64,000 bases of DNA from Patescibacteria group bacterium (GTDB lineage: Bacteria; Patescibacteriota; Doudnabacteria; UBA920; O2-02-FULL-48-8): positions 3,984 to 67,983 of the forward strand of contig DASWFI010000007.1 in the NCBI GenBank assembly GCA_036394315.1. Reading direction: 5' to 3'. The notes beneath the pieces are model-generated. The model worked only from the letters and a program-made list of their open reading frames with translations. It made no database searches and had not been told where the DNA came from. The first letter of the stretch is position 1. Each line of letters starts with the position of its first letter. The translations under genes and the position numbers were made by a program. Positions 19,210 to 30,653 of the stretch are shown here, piece by piece.

Positions 19210-20094
19210 ATGAATAAACTTATTGTCATCTTGGGTCCCACATCATCTGGCAAATCGTCGCTTGCCATCAAACTCGCCAAAAAATTCAAGGGCGAGATTA
19301 TTTCTGCCGACTCCCGCCAGGTTTACCAAGGCATGAACATCGGCACTGGCAAAGTGACTAGAGTCGAACAAAAAATGGTCCCCCATCACCTGCTGGATAT
19401 TGCCAACCCGAAAAAACAATTTTCAGTCGCGGAATTTAAACCATACGCGAATTTGGCGATAAGTAAAATTACGTCGAAAGACAAAGTTCCTTTTTTAGTC
19501 GGCGGCACGCCGTTTTGGATTTATGCTGTAATAGATGATTTACAAATTCCCGAAGTCGCACCGAATTTGAAACTTCGCAAACAGCTGGAAAAAAAATCCA
19601 CTTCTGAACTTTTTGCCATGCTCAAAAAACTGGATCCGAGGCGCGCAAAAAATATTGACGCGAAAAATCCACGCCGATTGATTCGCGCAATTGAGATTGT
19701 CAAAACTACAGGTAAGCCAGTCCCGGTTTCCGAACGGGTATTGCGTAAGGAATCTCTTTTAATTGGCCTTAAAAAAAATCAGAATAAATTATATAAACTA
19801 ATCGACGAGCGGCTTGAGACAAGGCTTAAACAAGGTATGATTGCAGAAGTTAAAAAGCTCTTAAAACAAAAAGTCAGCCATAAGCGGCTGCAGGAAATGG
19901 GACTAGAATATCGTTTTGTTTCATTGCATTTGCAAGGACATTTAACTTACGAGGAAATGGTGGTCCAGCTTAAAAATGCGATTCACAAATTCTCCAAACG
20001 CCAAATGAACTGGTTTAAGACCGACTCCCGCATCAAATGGATTACCACCGAAAAACAAGCCGAGAAACTAATTAACAAGTATTTAGACAGATAA
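19210..20094 (+). CDS. miaA: tRNA dimethylallyltransferase
   Basis: GPTSSGKS, IISADSRQVYQGMNIGTGK, HHLLD, VGGT, KRQMNWF. Confidence 0.98.
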   Translation: MNKLIVILGPTSSGKSSLAIKLAKKFKGEIISADSRQVYQGMNIGTGKVTRVEQKMVPHHLLDIANPKKQFSVAEFKPYANLAISKITSKDKVPFLVGGTPFWIYAVIDDLQIPEVAPNLKLRKQLEKKSTSELFAMLKKLDPRRAKNIDAKNPRRLIRAIEIVKTTGKPVPVSERVLRKESLLIGLKKNQNKLYKLIDERLETRLKQGMIAEVKKLLKQKVSHKRLQEMGLEYRFVSLHLQGHLTYEEMVVQLKNAIHKFSKRQMNWFKTDSRIKWITTEKQAEKLINKYLDR

Positions 20095-20120
20095 AACCGC
20101 CGTATTAGCGGCGGTTTTAT
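20091..20120. terminator. Bidirectional terminator
   Basis: ataaaaccgccg-tattag-cggcggttttat. Confidence 0.85.
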
Positions 20121-20293
20121 CTGGAAAACATTCTTTCGTATTTTTTAACAAGATTTTTCTGTTCATCATTAGCAGCTCTAACAGCTGCGCCAACAACTTT
20201 TTTACGTTCTTCCGAAGAGGCTTCAGTAAAAAAGGAATATACGCTTCTGTGCTTAGGTTTATTACCAAATATAATTCTAATTAGTTCTTTCAT
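20117..20293 (-). CDS. 58-aa helical protein, possible zeta-toxin partner
   Basis: Manual translation MKELIRIIFGNKPKHRSVYSFFTEASSEERKKVVGAAVRAANDEQKNLVKKYERMFSR; ATGA overlap with the upstream ORF. Confidence 0.6.
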   Translation of the reverse strand: MKELIRIIFGNKPKHRSVYSFFTEASSEERKKVVGAAVRAANDEQKNLVKKYERMFSR

Positions 20294-20445
20294 GTTATTA
20301 TTTTAACATATTTCCAAGCTATTGGTAGTTGAACAGTATAGTTAACGCCAGTTGCCGAGCCTATATATTTAGAAATTAATTCTTTCTTATGACTCCGAAC
20401 ATATGCCAACGCTTCATCAGAAGCTTTCTTTTCTTCATCATTCAT
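20290..20445 (-). pseudogene. Probable truncated zeta-toxin-family gene (N-terminus only)
   Basis: MNDEEKKASDEALAYVRSHKKELISKY... 51 aa; resembles zeta-toxin N-termini from recall; no P-loop. Confidence 0.45.
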
Positions 20446-21898
20446 TAGAATTTTTCAATTCTTTCTTAAGTAACTCATTTATTTTTTGTGGATTCCCTTT
20501 GCCTTTCAGCTCTTTCATAGTCTGGCCGACGAGAAAGCCAAAAGACTTTTCGCCTTTTGTTTTTGCATCCTCGACTCCCTTAGGATTTGCAGCTATTACT
20601 TTCTTCACCGCTTCTAAAATTACACTTTCGTCCGAAACCTGATGCAAACCAAGCTCGTCCAAAATATTGGATGGATCTTCTCCAGTCACAAACATTTTCG
20701 CAAACACGTCTTTGGCCGCTAAGTTAGAAACTTTCCCCTCCCCGATCAGTTTGATCAGCTCGGCGAAACTCTCAGCGGTAACTTTTGATTGTTCGGGCAA
20801 TAAATTTTTCTCATTGATCGCGGCCAGAAACGGACCCAAAATCCAGCCTGCGACCATGGAACCTCGTTTTTGATCTGATTTAGTCCATTCCGCCAATTCA
20901 CTCATAACCTGCTCAAAATAGACTGAAAGCTCTTTGTAAGACACCAAGGTCTGCGATTCTTTTTCGTTCAACCCATATTCGTCCATGAACCGCGCCTTTC
21001 GTACTTTTGGCAATTCCGGCAATTGTTTTCGCAATTCCTCCAGCCATCCTTTCGTAAAATGCATGACGGGCAGATCCGGTTCCGGGAAATATCGGTAATC
21101 CTGGGATTCTTCTTTTGATCGCTGCGAGACGGTGATTGATTTATCATCGACCCAGCCCCGGGTTTCTTTGTCAGGAATTTTTCCTTCGTCCAAAAGTTCG
21201 GACTGGCGCGTAATTTCAAACTCGATCGCATTCGCCACGGCTCGAAAAGAATTCATATTTTTAACCTCCACCTTGTATGGTGGGAATCCTGTTTCGCCTT
21301 TTTTGCGCAAACTGATGTTCGCATCACAGCGCAAATGACCTTTTTCCATATCCGCATCTGACACGCCTAAATAGCGCATAATATTCTGTAATTCTTGTAG
21401 ATACTGCTTCGCTTCTTCCGAAGATCTGATGTCCGGTTCACTGACAATTTCCAGTAATGGCGTGCCGGCGCGATTCAGATCAACCAAACTAAAACCCTTC
21501 GCGTGAACCAACTTGCCCGCGTCTTCTTCCAGATGTGCCCTTGTAATTCCGATTTTTCTCACTTCACCGCCGATCACGACTTCCATCACCCCTTTGCCGT
21601 TGATGGGGTGGTCGAACTGCGAGATCTGATAGCCTTTCGGCAAATCGGGATAAAAATAATTTTTCCGGTCAAATTTCGAATATTCGGCAATTTCGCAATT
21701 CAATGCCAAACCAACCATGACGGATTTAAGCACTGCTTCGCGATTGATCACAGGCAAGGTTCCTGGCTGGCCAGTGCAGACCTCGCAAATATGCACGTTT
21801 GGCACCTGGCTTTCGGCATTTTTGCTCGAGCAAAACATTTTGCTCTGAGTTTTTAGCTGGACATGGACTTCAAGTCCTATAACTGGTTCGTAGGTCAT
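20438..21898 (-). CDS. gatB: Asp/Glu-tRNA amidotransferase subunit B
   Basis: IGLEVHVQL, FDRKNYFYPDLPKGYQISQ, HLEEDAGK, DYRYFPEPDL. Confidence 0.99.
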   Translation of the reverse strand: MTYEPVIGLEVHVQLKTQSKMFCSSKNAESQVPNVHICEVCTGQPGTLPVINREAVLKSVMVGLALNCEIAEYSKFDRKNYFYPDLPKGYQISQFDHPINGKGVMEVVIGGEVRKIGITRAHLEEDAGKLVHAKGFSLVDLNRAGTPLLEIVSEPDIRSSEEAKQYLQELQNIMRYLGVSDADMEKGHLRCDANISLRKKGETGFPPYKVEVKNMNSFRAVANAIEFEITRQSELLDEGKIPDKETRGWVDDKSITVSQRSKEESQDYRYFPEPDLPVMHFTKGWLEELRKQLPELPKVRKARFMDEYGLNEKESQTLVSYKELSVYFEQVMSELAEWTKSDQKRGSMVAGWILGPFLAAINEKNLLPEQSKVTAESFAELIKLIGEGKVSNLAAKDVFAKMFVTGEDPSNILDELGLHQVSDESVILEAVKKVIAANPKGVEDAKTKGEKSFGFLVGQTMKELKGKGNPQKINELLKKELKNSNE

Positions 21899-22320
21899 GG
21901 ATTTGTGCTACGGATCCTGCTCGGCGATGTGGTTTGAGGAGAACTGTTTATTCCCTCTAAGGATTTAAGATTAAAATTTACTAAATCAGGATTAATCTCG
22001 TTTAAAAGCAAATAAGCACAGAAGAGAATCACAACTCCGATCAAGGCGCCTGTGATATATTCTTTTCCTTTGGTAGCTTGTTCTGCATTGCCAGCCGCAG
22101 TCATAAGATAATATCCACCCAACACCATCATCAGAAGAGCGAGCAATACTGCAACACCTAGCGACCAGACATAAATTTGGTTAATGCATCGCGGCAAAGC
22201 GCTGGCTTTATCTGCACTCCCCTGCACTGCGGACACGGTGCACGGATTAGTTTGAGCTATTGCTAACAGAGGAGCAAAGGCCATAGTAAAAATAAAAATA
22301 AATAATATTAATTTTTTCAT
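21895..22320 (-). CDS. T4SS-type (VirB2/TrbC-like) pilin
   Basis: Signal peptide; LALLMMVLGGYYLMTAAGNAEQATKGKEYITGALIGVVILFCAYLLLNEINP. Confidence 0.85.
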   Translation of the reverse strand: MKKLILFIFIFTMAFAPLLAIAQTNPCTVSAVQGSADKASALPRCINQIYVWSLGVAVLLALLMMVLGGYYLMTAAGNAEQATKGKEYITGALIGVVILFCAYLLLNEINPDLVNFNLKSLEGINSSPQTTSPSRIRSTNP

Positions 22321-23768
22321 AGTTTTGGTTTTAATTTCAGATTTAAAGCTTTTTCCAAAGCATGGCCTGCGTGGAATAATTTTTCTTCCGCAAAATGATT
22401 CGCGATCAACTGAATTCCCACTGGTAAACCTTCTTTCGTTACTCCAGCCGGAACGGACATGCCAGGCACGCCAGCGATATTTAAACCGACTGTAAAAATA
22501 TCCGCCAGATACATGGACAGCGGATCTGATTTTTCGCCAAACTTAAACGCTGGCGTGGGAGTGGTCGGGGTCACGATCAAATCAAATTTTTTGAATGCAT
22601 CAATGAAATCCTTGCGGATAAGCTGTTGCGCGGCACGGGCTTTTTTGTAATAAGCGTCGAAGTAGCCGGCCGAGGATGCGTATGTCCCGATCATGATTCG
22701 CCGCTTGGGCTCCGGGCCAAAGCCCTGAGATCTCGTATTATAATAAACTTCTTCCAGCGTCTGGCCTGGGATCGACAGCGGATAACGGATGCCATCGTAG
22801 CGGGAAAGATTGGCAGAAATTTCCACTGGCAAAATAATGTAATAACAAGCCAAGGCCAGCGAAAAATGCGGCAAGCTCATTTCAGAAACTGTTCCTCCCA
22901 TTTCTTCCATTTTCTTGATCGCTGACTGGATCACGGCTTTAACCTCTGGGTCTATGCCCTCACCAAAACATTCTTTAGGCACGCCGATTTTCATGCCCTT
23001 CAAATCTTCTTTCAGAAATTGCGAATAATCAGGAACTGGTTTGAGTAAAGCGGTCGAATCATGGACATCGCTACCTGCCATGAGTTGGAGCACGGCGGCG
23101 GCATCTTCCACGGTTTTGGCCAAAACCCCGGGCTGGTCCAAAGACGAACCCAATGCTATCAGTCCATATCTGGAACAGCGGCCATATGTGGGCTTAAATC
23201 CCACAATGCCACAGAAAGACGCGGGCTGACGTACCGAACCCCCCGTGTCAGTCCCTAAGGCAAACAAAACCTGGCCTGACGCCACAGCCACAGCCGAACC
23301 CCCGGATGAGCCTCCGGGGACGCGCGAAGTATCAAAAGGATTTCGAGATGGACCGAACGCCGAATTTTCCGTGGATGATCCCATGGCAAACTCATCAAGG
23401 TTGGTCTTGCCCATGAGTACCGGTGATTCTTCGTTCAATTTTTTTACAATTGTCGCGTCATAAGTGGCTTTATAGCCTTCCAAAATTTTGGATGCTGCCG
23501 TGGCCTGCATGCCTTTATATAAAATGTTATCCTTAAGCGCGTATGGAATTCCGGTCAACGAAAAGTTTTCTCCCTCCGCAATCACCATCTCGTCCACGTT
23601 CTGGGCCTGCACCAGTGATTCTTTTTCAGCCACATACAAAAAAGCGTGCAGTTTGTCATCCACTTCCTTGATTCGTTTCAGCGACATCTCGGCCAATTCC
23701 TTGGCGGAGACTTTCTTGTGCGCGATCAGCTCAGCCGCGGACTTGATTGTAAGATCTGTAAAGTCCAT
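22317..23768 (-). CDS. gatA: Asp/Glu-tRNA amidotransferase subunit A
   Basis: GKTNLDEFAMGSSTE, PGGSSGGSA, GTDTGGSVRQPA. Confidence 0.99.
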   Translation of the reverse strand: MDFTDLTIKSAAELIAHKKVSAKELAEMSLKRIKEVDDKLHAFLYVAEKESLVQAQNVDEMVIAEGENFSLTGIPYALKDNILYKGMQATAASKILEGYKATYDATIVKKLNEESPVLMGKTNLDEFAMGSSTENSAFGPSRNPFDTSRVPGGSSGGSAVAVASGQVLFALGTDTGGSVRQPASFCGIVGFKPTYGRCSRYGLIALGSSLDQPGVLAKTVEDAAAVLQLMAGSDVHDSTALLKPVPDYSQFLKEDLKGMKIGVPKECFGEGIDPEVKAVIQSAIKKMEEMGGTVSEMSLPHFSLALACYYIILPVEISANLSRYDGIRYPLSIPGQTLEEVYYNTRSQGFGPEPKRRIMIGTYASSAGYFDAYYKKARAAQQLIRKDFIDAFKKFDLIVTPTTPTPAFKFGEKSDPLSMYLADIFTVGLNIAGVPGMSVPAGVTKEGLPVGIQLIANHFAEEKLFHAGHALEKALNLKLKPKL

Positions 23769-24053
23769 TTATTCCAGGATGCTCTTAACTTTAATAAATT
23801 TCCCTTCTCTTGCCGGTGCTTGTGCCAAGAAAATTTCCGGATCAGTCATTTCTTCCGCCACATCATCCCGCATTAGATTTAAAGCGTCCGCGTCATAGGT
23901 TTCTGTCTCTACTTTATCACCCACGGCTTTGAGCTGGTCCACATAATTCAAAATCTCCGACAGCTCGTGCTGTAATTTTTGTTTCTCTTCATCAGAAAAA
24001 GAAAGCCTCGCGAGCTTTGCAATTCTGTTGACTTCATCCAGGGAAATTGCCAT
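23769..24053 (-). CDS. gatC: Asp/Glu-tRNA amidotransferase subunit C
   Basis: EVNRIAKLARL, ILNYVDQL, MRDD; abuts gatA. Confidence 0.96.
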   Translation of the reverse strand: MAISLDEVNRIAKLARLSFSDEEKQKLQHELSEILNYVDQLKAVGDKVETETYDADALNLMRDDVAEEMTDPEIFLAQAPAREGKFIKVKSILE

Positions 24054-24104
24054 ATTTGATAATTAATTATACCACATTTATAATGAGCTTAGAAAGGACT
24101 AATT

Positions 24105-24680
24105 ATGTTATATTTTTGGATAATATTGATATTGCTGGTGTTAGGGCTGATCGGCATCTATAACAGCCTCATCCAGTCCCGTAATCGGGTGGATGAAGCG
24201 TGGTCAGACATCGAAGTTCAGCTCAAACGCCGCTACGATCTGATCCCCAATCTGGTCAATACGGTAAAGGGCTATGCGGCTCATGAGCAAGGGACTTTGG
24301 ATAAAGTTACGGAGGCAAGGGCCCACGCCACGAGTATTACCATGGATCCGACTAAACTCGATGCCGCACAGATGGCCAAATTCCAGGCTGCACAGGGCGA
24401 ATTGAGTTCTGCCTTAGGGCGACTGCTCGCGGTGGCGGAACAATACCCGGATCTAAAGGCCAATCAAAATTTCCTGAATCTGCAATCCAATCTTACGGAC
24501 ACGGAAGACAAGATCCAGGCAGCCAGACGATTCTACAATGGCAACGTCCGCGACTACAATACTAAACTCCAAGTGTTCCCAACCAACATGATTGCCGGCT
24601 TGTTCCATTTCACTACCCGTACTTTCTTCGACATCGATGACAAAGGACCGGAAAGCCAGCCAGTGAACGTACAATTTTAA
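24105..24680 (+). CDS. lemA: LemA family protein
   Basis: AWSDIEVQLKRRYDLIPNLV, EQYPDLKANQNF, ARRFYN. Confidence 0.95.
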   Translation: MLYFWIILILLVLGLIGIYNSLIQSRNRVDEAWSDIEVQLKRRYDLIPNLVNTVKGYAAHEQGTLDKVTEARAHATSITMDPTKLDAAQMAKFQAAQGELSSALGRLLAVAEQYPDLKANQNFLNLQSNLTDTEDKIQAARRFYNGNVRDYNTKLQVFPTNMIAGLFHFTTRTFFDIDDKGPESQPVNVQF

Positions 24681-24757
24681 AAAAGGGACAAAATAAAAAG
24701 TATTTAGTATCAAAGAGGCGATGCCCTTTATACTTTATACTACCCTTTAAACTTTCC

Positions 24758-25669
24758 ATGATTTACTCCGAAATTTCTTCTAACAAACGAAAGACTGCTT
24801 TATTGATCACATTTTTCCTGGTGCTGATCATCGCGTTAGGATACGTCTTTTCGCTTTATGCGAATCAACCGCTGCTTCTCCCGATCGCTGTGGGCATCTC
24901 CGTGGCCATGAGTTTTTTCAGTTATTTCTTTTCAGATAAAATTGTATTGGCCATGTCCCAGGCGCACGAAATCCAACGTGCGGATGATGAAGAGCTTTAT
25001 CGCACCGTAGAAAATCTGGCCATTGCCGCAGGCTTGCCTACTCCTAAAATTTATCTGATCGACGATACGGCACCCAACGCTTTTGCCACAGGCAGGGATC
25101 CGCAGCATGCGGTGGTTGCGATTACCACGGGTCTTCGCCAAAAATTGACCAAACCGGAATTGGAAGGGGTTATGGCGCACGAGCTATCCCACATCGGTAA
25201 TTATGACATTCGGCTTAGCACCATTATTGTAGTTTTGGTAGGCGTGGTTACGCTCCTTGCGGATTGGATGCTGCGGATGTCATTCTATGGCCGGCGGAGA
25301 TCCGACTCCAGTGAAGGTGGCCAGGTAGGAGCGATTATTATGATTGTGGGGGTCGTGCTGGCTCTGCTCTCCCCCATCGCCGCAACTTTGATTCAGCTTG
25401 CCATCTCCAGAAAACGAGAATATTTAGCCGACGCTTCCGGCGCGCTGCTAACTAGATATCCGGAAGGACTGGCTTCAGCGCTTAAAAAAATCGCTGAGGA
25501 TAGCGAACCATTGGAAGCGGCAAATAAAGCCACGGCGCACCTATACATAGTCAACCCGCTCAAAGAACATAGTGGCAGCAGTAATGGAGTTAGTTGGTTT
25601 GCGAACCTCTTCCAAACCCACCCCCCGATCCAGGAACGAATTGAAAGATTGGAAGAGATGGAAAAATAA
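24758..25669 (+). CDS. htpX: Zn metalloprotease HtpX (M48)
   Basis: PNAFATGR, HELSH, SRKREYLADA, THPPIQERI. Confidence 0.95.
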   Translation: MIYSEISSNKRKTALLITFFLVLIIALGYVFSLYANQPLLLPIAVGISVAMSFFSYFFSDKIVLAMSQAHEIQRADDEELYRTVENLAIAAGLPTPKIYLIDDTAPNAFATGRDPQHAVVAITTGLRQKLTKPELEGVMAHELSHIGNYDIRLSTIIVVLVGVVTLLADWMLRMSFYGRRRSDSSEGGQVGAIIMIVGVVLALLSPIAATLIQLAISRKREYLADASGALLTRYPEGLASALKKIAEDSEPLEAANKATAHLYIVNPLKEHSGSSNGVSWFANLFQTHPPIQERIERLEEMEK

Positions 25670-25682
25670 TTCTTGGCGAGTG

Positions 25683-25711
25683 AAATAGAGCCTTCAAAAA
25701 GGCTCTATTTT
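25683..25711. terminator. Bidirectional terminator htpX/recX
   Basis: aaatagagcctt-caaa-aaggctctattt. Confidence 0.85.
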
Positions 25712-25823
25712 GTTTTGAAGACCCTAGCGCGGCCAGCCTTTTCTCATTCTCGCAGCCCATCTTAATCTTCTCGCCTCTTTAATTCTTGCGCTTTACGCCC
25801 GGTCGAGAATATTTTGCAATATC

Positions 25824-26252
25824 TCATTTCTGCCTATTCGAAATTATTTTACTTATTATTTCTGAACGAAAACCTTTGCGTTGCAATTTCTGGGCGAGTT
25901 TTAATTTATCTGTTTCTTTTTCTCGCTCAACCACTCGCATTGCTATCTGCAATTCGTCCTCGACGGACAAATTTTCTTTTAACAAAATTTCTGCTTCATT
26001 GCTTGCAATCCCCCGCTGCATTAGTTTAGCCTTAAGCATATAGAAACCAAAAGTTTTATTTCGTAGCAATTCATCCAGATACATTTGGGCAAAGTTCTCA
26101 TTGTCAAACAGCTTTTCATGGGCTAATTTTTGGATAACAGCCGCTACAACGTCACGATCAAAGCCTCGCATAAGAAGCTTTTTGGTCAGCTCTGCCGAAT
26201 GATGTGGCCTGATTTTCAGCAACTTTATGGCTTTTTCATAAGCTTTTTCCAT
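25824..26252 (-). CDS. recX: Regulatory protein RecX
   Basis: AIKLLKIRPHHSAELTKKL, DNENFAQ, LMQRGI, LQRKGF. Confidence 0.85.
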   Translation of the reverse strand: MEKAYEKAIKLLKIRPHHSAELTKKLLMRGFDRDVVAAVIQKLAHEKLFDNENFAQMYLDELLRNKTFGFYMLKAKLMQRGIASNEAEILLKENLSVEDELQIAMRVVEREKETDKLKLAQKLQRKGFRSEIISKIISNRQK

Positions 26253-26320
26253 GATACTTGACCTTTATATACTAAGGACTTGACTTATCTGGTATAATAT
26301 AAGTATAGTATATCTCAAAT

Positions 26321-28843
<2,523 letters not shown>

Positions 28844-28864
28844 ATTAGTGTTCAGAAAATCTAA

Positions 28865-28899
28865 AAAAACTAGGCAGGGAATTCCTTGACCTAGTTTTT
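28865..28899. terminator. Bidirectional terminator after clpC
   Basis: aaaaactagg...cctagttttt. Confidence 0.75.
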
Positions 28900-28932
28900 C
28901 ATATTTCTTGCCTTGTTTGCAACAAAGAAATC

Positions 28933-29121
28933 TTATTTGTGTGAAAGTTGCCAACTGTCCCCGACTAACCGGGAAGAGTCAGTGCTATCTAAATTATATG
29001 CGCTCACGAAGATGAGCCACTTACCAGCACGAGCAGTATATTCCGGATATTCTCCAACTTTTCGCTCTGCAAATAGCCAATAAACGTCTTTTACGTGTGA
29101 GGGCTTGATTTCTTCTGTCAT
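28933..29121 (-). pseudogene. Truncated DUF1917-like gene
   Basis: MTEEIKPSHVKDVYWLFAER...RAGKWLIFVSAYNLD then about 17 unrelated residues and a stop; GKWLIF recalled as a DUF1917 motif. Confidence 0.5.
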
Positions 29122-29186
29122 ATTTATAGAATACAGACAATTTGACTCTGCTATTGACAAAGCCTCAAAACCAGCTATAATGTAAT

Positions 29187-29265
29187 CAAACATCAGCTGA
29201 ACACCGACCTTCCGGCGGGTCTCTCGCAAGAGATAGGCTGTTCCACCTAACCATGGTGGTTTTTT
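29187..29265 (+). ncRNA. Candidate DUF3800-associated small RNA
   Basis: TTGACA(29154)-16-TATAAT(29176); gaaca/tgttc closing two hairpins; terminator ccacc/ggtgg + T7. Confidence 0.65.
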
Positions 29266-29833
29266 AATTGGTCTGGATTTTTTGTAGAATACCTTTCTGA
29301 AACACCCACTCAAATTCTTTTGTGTATTTCTGGCCTTCCAAATAATCCCTGACAAATCCAGCAATAGCGTCAGCAAGACGAAGCAAGGGATCGCTTTCGT
29401 CTCTCATGCCTCGGACTTTGCGAACATTAATGCGAAGATGTCTTAAACTTGCGGCAAATTGCATGGCTTCGGGATATCTCAATCCATCAACCACAATTGT
29501 CGCTTTATAATCAGCTTCACCAGCTTTCATTAAGATAGCACGAGCAGTTGCTAAAATCGTAAGGTCAAGATAGGCACTAGTATGCTCGTAGCTAGCGAAA
29601 AATAATGAATTGATAAATAGAGGCGAGGAAAAAATAGCTTTAATGTATTCAATCTTTCGAGAAAAAACTGCACGCCGCCACTTCTTTAAGCTTTTACCGG
29701 TTTCTTTCTCAATCCGTTCAGCTTCAGTAGTAAGTTTATCACGCTCGTCATCTGTCACGACCAAGGCAACCAAAAATAACTCACCCTTGGTATCCTGACC
29801 TGTTTCGTCTACATAACAATAGAGCTTTTGCAT
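29264..29833 (-). CDS. DUF3800 family protein (RNase H-like fold)
   Basis: YCYVDETG, IVVDG, DPLLRLADAIAG. Confidence 0.8.
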   Translation of the reverse strand: MQKLYCYVDETGQDTKGELFLVALVVTDDERDKLTTEAERIEKETGKSLKKWRRAVFSRKIEYIKAIFSSPLFINSLFFASYEHTSAYLDLTILATARAILMKAGEADYKATIVVDGLRYPEAMQFAASLRHLRINVRKVRGMRDESDPLLRLADAIAGFVRDYLEGQKYTKEFEWVFQKGILQKIQTN

Positions 29834-29918
29834 TTTTTAACTGCTTTTTTTCATTTGCCAAGAAAATCTATTATCCAACATTTTAGGTACTCGAGTCTTG
29901 TTCGATAACAGGTTCTCT

Positions 29919-30009
29919 TGGCGGAGAGAGTGGGATTCGAACCCACGGGACGGCTATTAACCGTCGCAGGTTAGCAACCTGCTGCCTTAAGCCACTCGGC
30001 CATCTCTCC
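29919..30009 (-). tRNA. tRNA-Ser(GCU)
   Basis: GGAGAGATGGCCGAGTGG...GCAGG-TTGCTAA-CCTGC, long variable arm, GGTTCGAATCC, CCA. Confidence 0.97.
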
Positions 30010-30107
30010 ACGATACAGCTAATTTTAGCCCAAATTTGAGGCTTAAGTCAATTATGCTACACTAAATTTGACTTTGTAACAAATTTTCAGGATAATCGTC
30101 TTAGTTT

Positions 30108-30653
30108 ATGACGGAAGAACAGTTAAAACAAATATTCAAGGAAGCTCAAAATGGCGATACAGCGGCCTTTGCCTTGATTTACGACCATTTTTCTGCCAAG
30201 ATTTATAAATTTATATTCTTCCGCGTCGGCCACAAAGAAGTTGCCGAAGACGTTCTTTCCGATACTTTCGTTAAGGGTTGGCAGAAAATCAATCAAGTAA
30301 ACTCCCCTAGCGCTCTCTCCGCCTGGCTCTATCAGATCGCGAAAAATAACATCATTGACTATTATCGCCTAAAGAAAGAAACTGTGGCGCTGGAAGATGT
30401 TCAGGATTTTCTCGAAGATGAAGTTAATCCCATCGATCTGACCAGCCTGAATATCCAACAGAAAAAAATCCTCGATGTTCTGCATGAATTACCGGCTGAG
30501 CAGCAAGAAGTGATTAAATATAAATATTTTGAAGATTTATCAAACGAAGAAATAGCCTACATTCTCGGCAAAAATGAAGGTACCATACGAGTAATCCAGC
30601 ATAGGGCCTTAGCCAAGCTTAAAGAAATACTTCAGCAAAAATATGGAAACTAA
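30108..30653 (+). CDS. ECF-type RNA polymerase sigma factor
   Basis: AFALIYD, AEDVLSDTFVKGW, AWLYQIAKNNIIDYYR, EEIAYILGKNEGTIR. Confidence 0.93.
   Translation: MTEEQLKQIFKEAQNGDTAAFALIYDHFSAKIYKFIFFRVGHKEVAEDVLSDTFVKGWQKINQVNSPSALSAWLYQIAKNNIIDYYRLKKETVALEDVQDFLEDEVNPIDLTSLNIQQKKILDVLHELPAEQQEVIKYKYFEDLSNEEIAYILGKNEGTIRVIQHRALAKLKEILQQKYGN

Noticed and set aside
28860-29000. att site duplicating the tRNA-Ser 3' end
   Set aside because: No copy of tggcggagag was found here
28933-29376. 147-aa ORF as one gene
   Set aside because: Its 5' part overlaps DUF3800 and the small RNA; only the part from ATG 29121 looks coding
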